Below are positions 60,024 to 64,000 of a stretch of DNA of 64,000 nt, piece after piece (position 1 is the stretch's first letter; the number at the start of each line of letters is the position of its first letter). The stretch spans positions 578,805-642,804 of the forward strand of contig CAZXWN010000001.1 of NCBI GenBank assembly GCA_964644695.1, read 5' to 3'. Position numbers and translations under genes: made by a program. Under the pieces are notes generated by a model. It saw only the letters and a list, made by a program, of their open reading frames with translations, was not told the origin of the DNA and searched no databases. Origin of the DNA: an uncultured bacterium (GTDB taxonomy: Bacteria; UBP4; UBA4092).

Positions 60024-60112
60024 TGGTGCCGAAGGTGGGAGTCGAACCCACACGTGGGGTAACCCACGGCAGATTTTGAGTCTGCTACGTCTGCCAGTTC
60101 CGTCACTTCGGC
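60024..60112 (-). tRNA. tRNA-Leu (anticodon CAA)
   Basis: Reverse-complement cloverleaf GCCGAAG...CTTCGGC-A-CCA; anticodon loop CTCAAAA; 17-nt variable arm (class II); 13 nt upstream of the nuclease start. Confidence 0.85.
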
Positions 60113-60251
60113 ACAATTCAACAAATTTGATAAATAGTTTGTATTAAAGAAATTATCACTTTTTTGATACTGTCGTCAAGCATTCTCATGCTAGAATTAT
60201 TAGATTATCATGGAAACCTATATAGCTCTATAACTATACCCAAGGACTTAC

Positions 60252-61013
60252 ATGTTAGCGAAAAGAATTATTCCCTGCCTGGATGTCAAAAACGGGCGCG
60301 TTGTAAAAGGTGTCAACTTCGTCAATCTTCGCGATGCCGGAGACCCCGTAGAAATTGCTGCGGCTTACGACGAAGAGGGTGCAGACGAATTAGTATTTTT
60401 AGATATTACCGCCAGCCACGAAAAAAGAGACATCATGATTGATGTGGTGGCCCGTACAGCTGAAAAAGCGTTTATGCCCCTAACTGTAGGGGGTGGGATC
60501 CGTACTGTCGATGACATTCGTAATCTCTTGAATGCAGGTGCAGACAAAGTTTCTATCAACACCGAGGCTGTCGTGAATCCTGACTTTGTTAAAGCCGCGG
60601 GTGATAAGTTTGGCGCTCAATGTATCGTAGTCGCAGTTGATGCCAAACAAGTATCCCCGGACCGTTGGGAGGTTTTCATTCATGGAGGCCGTACTCCGAC
60701 AGGTCATGAAGCAATAAGCTGGGCAGTAAAAATGGCTGAGTTGGGCGCCGGTGAAATACTCTTAACCAGTATGGATCGAGATGGAACCAAAGATGGCTAT
60801 GATATTCCCATCACCCGGGCTATTGCTGAAGCAGTACCCATTCCGGTAATTGCATCTGGGGGTGCAGGAACTCTCGAACATCTTTACAAAGCATTAACAG
60901 ACGGAAAAGCAGATGCTGCATTAGCGGCTTCAATTTTCCATTATCGAGAATTTACAATAAAAGAAACCAAGGAATATCTCGCGAGTCGGGGTGTTCCTAT
61001 TCGCAGAACATAA
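60252..61013 (+). CDS. hisF: Imidazole glycerol phosphate synthase cyclase subunit
   Basis: 253 aa; (beta/alpha)8 HisF motifs ([16 protein letters not shown]; VGGGIR). Confidence 0.95.
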   Translation: MLAKRIIPCLDVKNGRVVKGVNFVNLRDAGDPVEIAAAYDEEGADELVFLDITASHEKRDIMIDVVARTAEKAFMPLTVGGGIRTVDDIRNLLNAGADKVSINTEAVVNPDFVKAAGDKFGAQCIVVAVDAKQVSPDRWEVFIHGGRTPTGHEAISWAVKMAELGAGEILLTSMDRDGTKDGYDIPITRAIAEAVPIPVIASGGAGTLEHLYKALTDGKADAALAASIFHYREFTIKETKEYLASRGVPIRRT

Positions 61014-61037
61014 AACAAACCACCAAGGAGGCAAAAA

Positions 61038-61427
61038 ATGGACGAAATACTGAATAATTTAAAATATGACAGTAACGGCCTCCTGACGGCGGTCATTCAA
61101 GACGATCAGACTAATGAAATTCTGATGGTCGCATTCATGAATCAGGACGCGGTCAAGGAGACCCTCGCCACTGGGAAGTGTTGTTATTGGTCACGTTCCC
61201 GACAGAAATTGTGGCGAAAGGGGGAATCCTCCGGGCACAGCCAGAAAGTGAAAGCCATCCGGCTGGACTGTGACGGAGATGCTCTCTTGATCCGGGTGGA
61301 CCAAGTTGGCGGCGCCTGCCATGCCGGCTACCGGTCCTGTTTCTATCGACAAATTAAAGACAACCGGGAGCTGGAGATCGTGGGCGTCAAGGTATTTGAC
61401 GAAGACGCGGTCTACAAGAAAACGTAG
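61038..61427 (+). CDS. hisI: Phosphoribosyl-AMP cyclohydrolase (monofunctional)
   Basis: 129 aa; HisI motifs (YWSRSRQKLWRKGESSGH; DCDGDALL) with metal-binding Cys. Confidence 0.9.
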   Translation: MDEILNNLKYDSNGLLTAVIQDDQTNEILMVAFMNQDAVKETLATGKCCYWSRSRQKLWRKGESSGHSQKVKAIRLDCDGDALLIRVDQVGGACHAGYRSCFYRQIKDNRELEIVGVKVFDEDAVYKKT

Positions 61428-61442
61428 GCCTGAAAGGGCTTT

Positions 61443-62927
61443 ATGATTCTCCCCAATCATGAACAATTTAATGAACTTGCAAAAACATACAACTTAATAC
61501 CCGTACATAAAGATATTCTTGCAGATTTAGATACACCTGTATCTGCATTCCGTAAAATCAATCGTTCTCGTTATGGATTTCTTTTAGAATCCGTAGAAGG
61601 TGGAGAACGCATCGCCCGGTATTCATTCCTGGGTGATAATCCTTCTATTCTCTTTCAAAGCAAGGGTAATAACGTTTCCCTTCGTTATAATGGAACGAAT
61701 GTTCAGGAATCCACAGTAACTGACCCTATCGAGTCACTTAAAACGTTCATGTCCCAATTTCATGTTTACCGGGATCCAGACCTGCCCCGTTTTTTTGGCG
61801 GAGCGGTTGGTTATTTAAGTTATGACATGGTTCGTTTTATGGAGACTCTGCCTGATAAGAACCCCGATGACCTAAACCTCCCAGATATGTATTTTATGTT
61901 GACAGATACTTTTCTGATTTTTGACCATGTACAACGAAAAATACAGATTGTTTCGAATGCACACATCGAGGCGGGTGTAAGCCCTGAAAAAGCATATCAG
62001 GAAGCAGTAGATAAAATTGATAATTTGGTCAGGTTACTACGAGAACCTTCCCCTGCCCTTCCTACTCCCAGTACTGAATCAAAACCCTTGGAATTCAAAT
62101 CTAATTTCAATAAAGATGATTTCGAAAAAGCGGTTGAAGCCTCTAAAGAATACATCAAAGCCGGAGACATTTTCCAGGTTGTACTATCACAACGGTTTGA
62201 GGCTGAGATTCATGTCCCTCCCTTTGATATATACCGTGCATTGCGCTCCATCAATCCTTCACCCTACATGTACTACCTGAAGTTTGATGACCTGATTCTG
62301 GCTGGGTCCTCACCTGAAATTTTAGTTCGTGAGGAAGATGGTCTTTTACAATTACGGCCCATTGCCGGAACTCGACCTCGCGGAAAAACAGCAGAAGAAG
62401 ATAATTTACTAATTGCTGATCTGCTGGCAGATCCCAAGGAATGTTCCGAACACATTATGCTGGTTGATTTAGGGAGAAATGACTTAGGCCGTGTCAGTGC
62501 ATATGGTACGGTCAAAGTGACTGATTTAATGGTCATTGAAAAATACTCACATGTTCTTCATATTGTTTCCAATGTTGAGGGTCGGCTTCAAAAAGGACTC
62601 GATGCTTTTGATGTTTTAAGAGCATCTTTCCCAGCCGGCACTGTAAGTGGTGCGCCTAAAATTCGTGCCATGGAAATCATTGATGAACTGGAGCCCACTC
62701 GCCGAGGACCGTATGCCGGGACAGTTGGATACTTTAGTTTTTCCGGCAACCTTGATGCCTGTATTACGCTCAGAACTTTGGTAATAAAAGGCAACACGGC
62801 CTATTTCCAGGCAGGTGCTGGTATTGTTGCGGACTCTGTTCCAGCCAATGAGTATCAGGAAACCATTAACAAATCACGGGCCATGCGGCGAGCTATTGAA
62901 ATTGCTCATGCCGGCTTGGATAATTAA
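61443..62927 (+). CDS. trpE: Anthranilate synthase component I
   Basis: 494 aa; chorismate-binding domain motifs (SPERFL-like SPEILV; GAVGYFSF-like). Confidence 0.9.
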   Translation: MILPNHEQFNELAKTYNLIPVHKDILADLDTPVSAFRKINRSRYGFLLESVEGGERIARYSFLGDNPSILFQSKGNNVSLRYNGTNVQESTVTDPIESLKTFMSQFHVYRDPDLPRFFGGAVGYLSYDMVRFMETLPDKNPDDLNLPDMYFMLTDTFLIFDHVQRKIQIVSNAHIEAGVSPEKAYQEAVDKIDNLVRLLREPSPALPTPSTESKPLEFKSNFNKDDFEKAVEASKEYIKAGDIFQVVLSQRFEAEIHVPPFDIYRALRSINPSPYMYYLKFDDLILAGSSPEILVREEDGLLQLRPIAGTRPRGKTAEEDNLLIADLLADPKECSEHIMLVDLGRNDLGRVSAYGTVKVTDLMVIEKYSHVLHIVSNVEGRLQKGLDAFDVLRASFPAGTVSGAPKIRAMEIIDELEPTRRGPYAGTVGYFSFSGNLDACITLRTLVIKGNTAYFQAGAGIVADSVPANEYQETINKSRAMRRAIEIAHAGLDN

Positions 62928-62966
62928 CTCACTTTATCCCGTACAATCCTTAAAGAGGGCTTTAAA

Positions 62967-63551
62967 ATGATTCTCGTTATCGATAACTATGATTCCTTTA
63001 CATATAACTTAGTACAATTTTTAGGTTCTTTTGGTGAAGAACTCCAAATTAAACGTAACAACCAGATCACTCTGGGTGAAATCGAATCAATGAAACCGGA
63101 TAAACTCGTTATTTCGCCCGGTCCATGTACACCACGTGAAGCAGGTATTTCCTGTAATATTTTGGAAACCCTCAGTAAAAAAATACCGACTTTTGGTGTA
63201 TGTCTTGGGCATCAATGTATAGGGGCTGTTTATGGTGGTGTTGTAAAACGTAATTACCGACTCATGCATGGAAAAACAAGCATGATTCATCACACAGGAA
63301 AAGGTATCCTGCATGGGGTAACGGATCCTTTTGAAGCCGGTCGGTACCATTCATTAGTAATTGAAAAAGAAACGTTCCCTTCCAATGAATTAGAAATTAC
63401 CGCTTGGACTCCGGAAGAAGAAATTATGGGTGTTCAACATATTAAATATCCAATATTCGGCGTCCAATTTCATCCAGAATCCATTCTCACTCCAGAAGGA
63501 ATCAAGATACTCAAGAACTTTGTTGAGTACCAACCTGGAGGAAATATATGA
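62967..63551 (+). CDS. trpG: Anthranilate synthase component II (glutamine amidotransferase)
   Basis: 194 aa; class I GATase triad (GVCLGHQ ... HPES). Confidence 0.9.
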   Translation: MILVIDNYDSFTYNLVQFLGSFGEELQIKRNNQITLGEIESMKPDKLVISPGPCTPREAGISCNILETLSKKIPTFGVCLGHQCIGAVYGGVVKRNYRLMHGKTSMIHHTGKGILHGVTDPFEAGRYHSLVIEKETFPSNELEITAWTPEEEIMGVQHIKYPIFGVQFHPESILTPEGIKILKNFVEYQPGGNI

Positions 63552-64000
63552 TCAAAGAATCATTACAGAAACTTGCTGAAAGAATAGATTTATCTCGCGA
63601 TGAATCCCGGCATGCAATGATGGAGATTATGTCTGGAGAAGCTACGGATGCTCAAATTGCAGCATTTCTAATGGGCTTACGGCAAAAAGGTGAAACCATT
63701 GAAGAAATCACCGGTTGCGCTCAAATCATGCGAGATATGGTAACACCCGTTCATACACAGCATAAGATTTATGTCGACAACTGTGGTACAGGCGGTGATC
63801 ATAAGGGAACTTTTAATATATCAACTTGTGCTGCTTTTATTGTTGCAGCTGCCGGAGTTCCCGTAGCAAAACATGGAAACAGATCTGTGTCCAGCTTGTG
63901 TGGAAGTGCCGATGTATTAAGTGCTCTTGGAGCAAAAATTGATTGCCCAGTAGCTATTTCTGAGCGATGTCTAAATGAGTTAAATTTCTGTTTTCTGTTT
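63548..64000 (+). CDS. trpD: Anthranilate phosphoribosyltransferase (5' partial; runs off the window)
   Basis: N-terminal TrpD helical domain and GTGGD motif; start overlaps the trpG stop (ATGA). Confidence 0.85.
   Translation, partial: MIKESLQKLAERIDLSRDESRHAMMEIMSGEATDAQIAAFLMGLRQKGETIEEITGCAQIMRDMVTPVHTQHKIYVDNCGTGGDHKGTFNISTCAAFIVAAAGVPVAKHGNRSVSSLCGSADVLSALGAKIDCPVAISERCLNELNFCFLF

Noticed and set aside
59942-60124. 60-aa minus-strand ORF
   Set aside because: It lies on top of tRNA-Leu(CAA) and the nuclease start, and is an artefact of the GC-rich tRNA sequence.

Overview
64 kb of low-GC (about 38-40%) chromosomal DNA from a Gram-negative-type bacterium, inferred from the presence of a Tol-Pal cluster, sigma-54, PilT and cytochrome bd. 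It is densely packed with housekeeping genes and I could not assign a phylum from sequence alone. Identified genes, in order: pdxA; ispG; an AraC/GyrI regulator divergent from a cytoplasmic GH38 alpha-mannosidase; tRNA-Pro; cydAB; a five-tRNA cluster (Arg-His-Arg-Lys-Leu); ferredoxin; tig-clpP-clpX; an epimerase / tandem-GNAT / hisB operon; rsmD-coaD; two GT-C (PMT/ArnT-like) membrane glycosyltransferases flanking bactofilin, yebC, a Zn-ribbon hypothetical and uvrB; a Bacillus-like tsaC - LMW-PTP - rpiB - glyA block; a complete tolQ-tolR-tolA-tolB-pal-cpoB cluster; rpoN; a GDP-mannose pyrophosphorylase; a large secreted beta-propeller / amidase_3 fusion; sdhCDAB; pilT - GT28 - nadA; a short GGT-like protein; a 739-aa GreA-family protein with a long N-terminal extension; tRNA-Ala; a PheS with a fused C-terminal tRNA-binding domain; folC; a four-gene lipid-carrier glycosylation module (PAP2::GT-C fusion, GT2 polyprenyl-phosphate glycosyltransferase, UPF0104 flippase-like protein, LD-carboxypeptidase) plus a hypothetical; a membrane-anchored SNase nuclease; tRNA-Leu; and hisF-hisI-trpE-trpG-trpD. 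Non-coding highlights are two families of perfect palindromic REP-like hairpin repeats (3 + 2 copies), several clean rho-independent terminators, a sigma-54-type -24/-12 element directly upstream of rpoN, and a recurring GGTTTCGTG-(TAnAnT) promoter motif. There is no CRISPR array, integrase or transposase. The strongest candidates for undescribed biology are the PAP2-fused GT-C glycosylation module (three GT-C paralogs in the window), the propeller-amidase, the long GreA and the PheS fusion.
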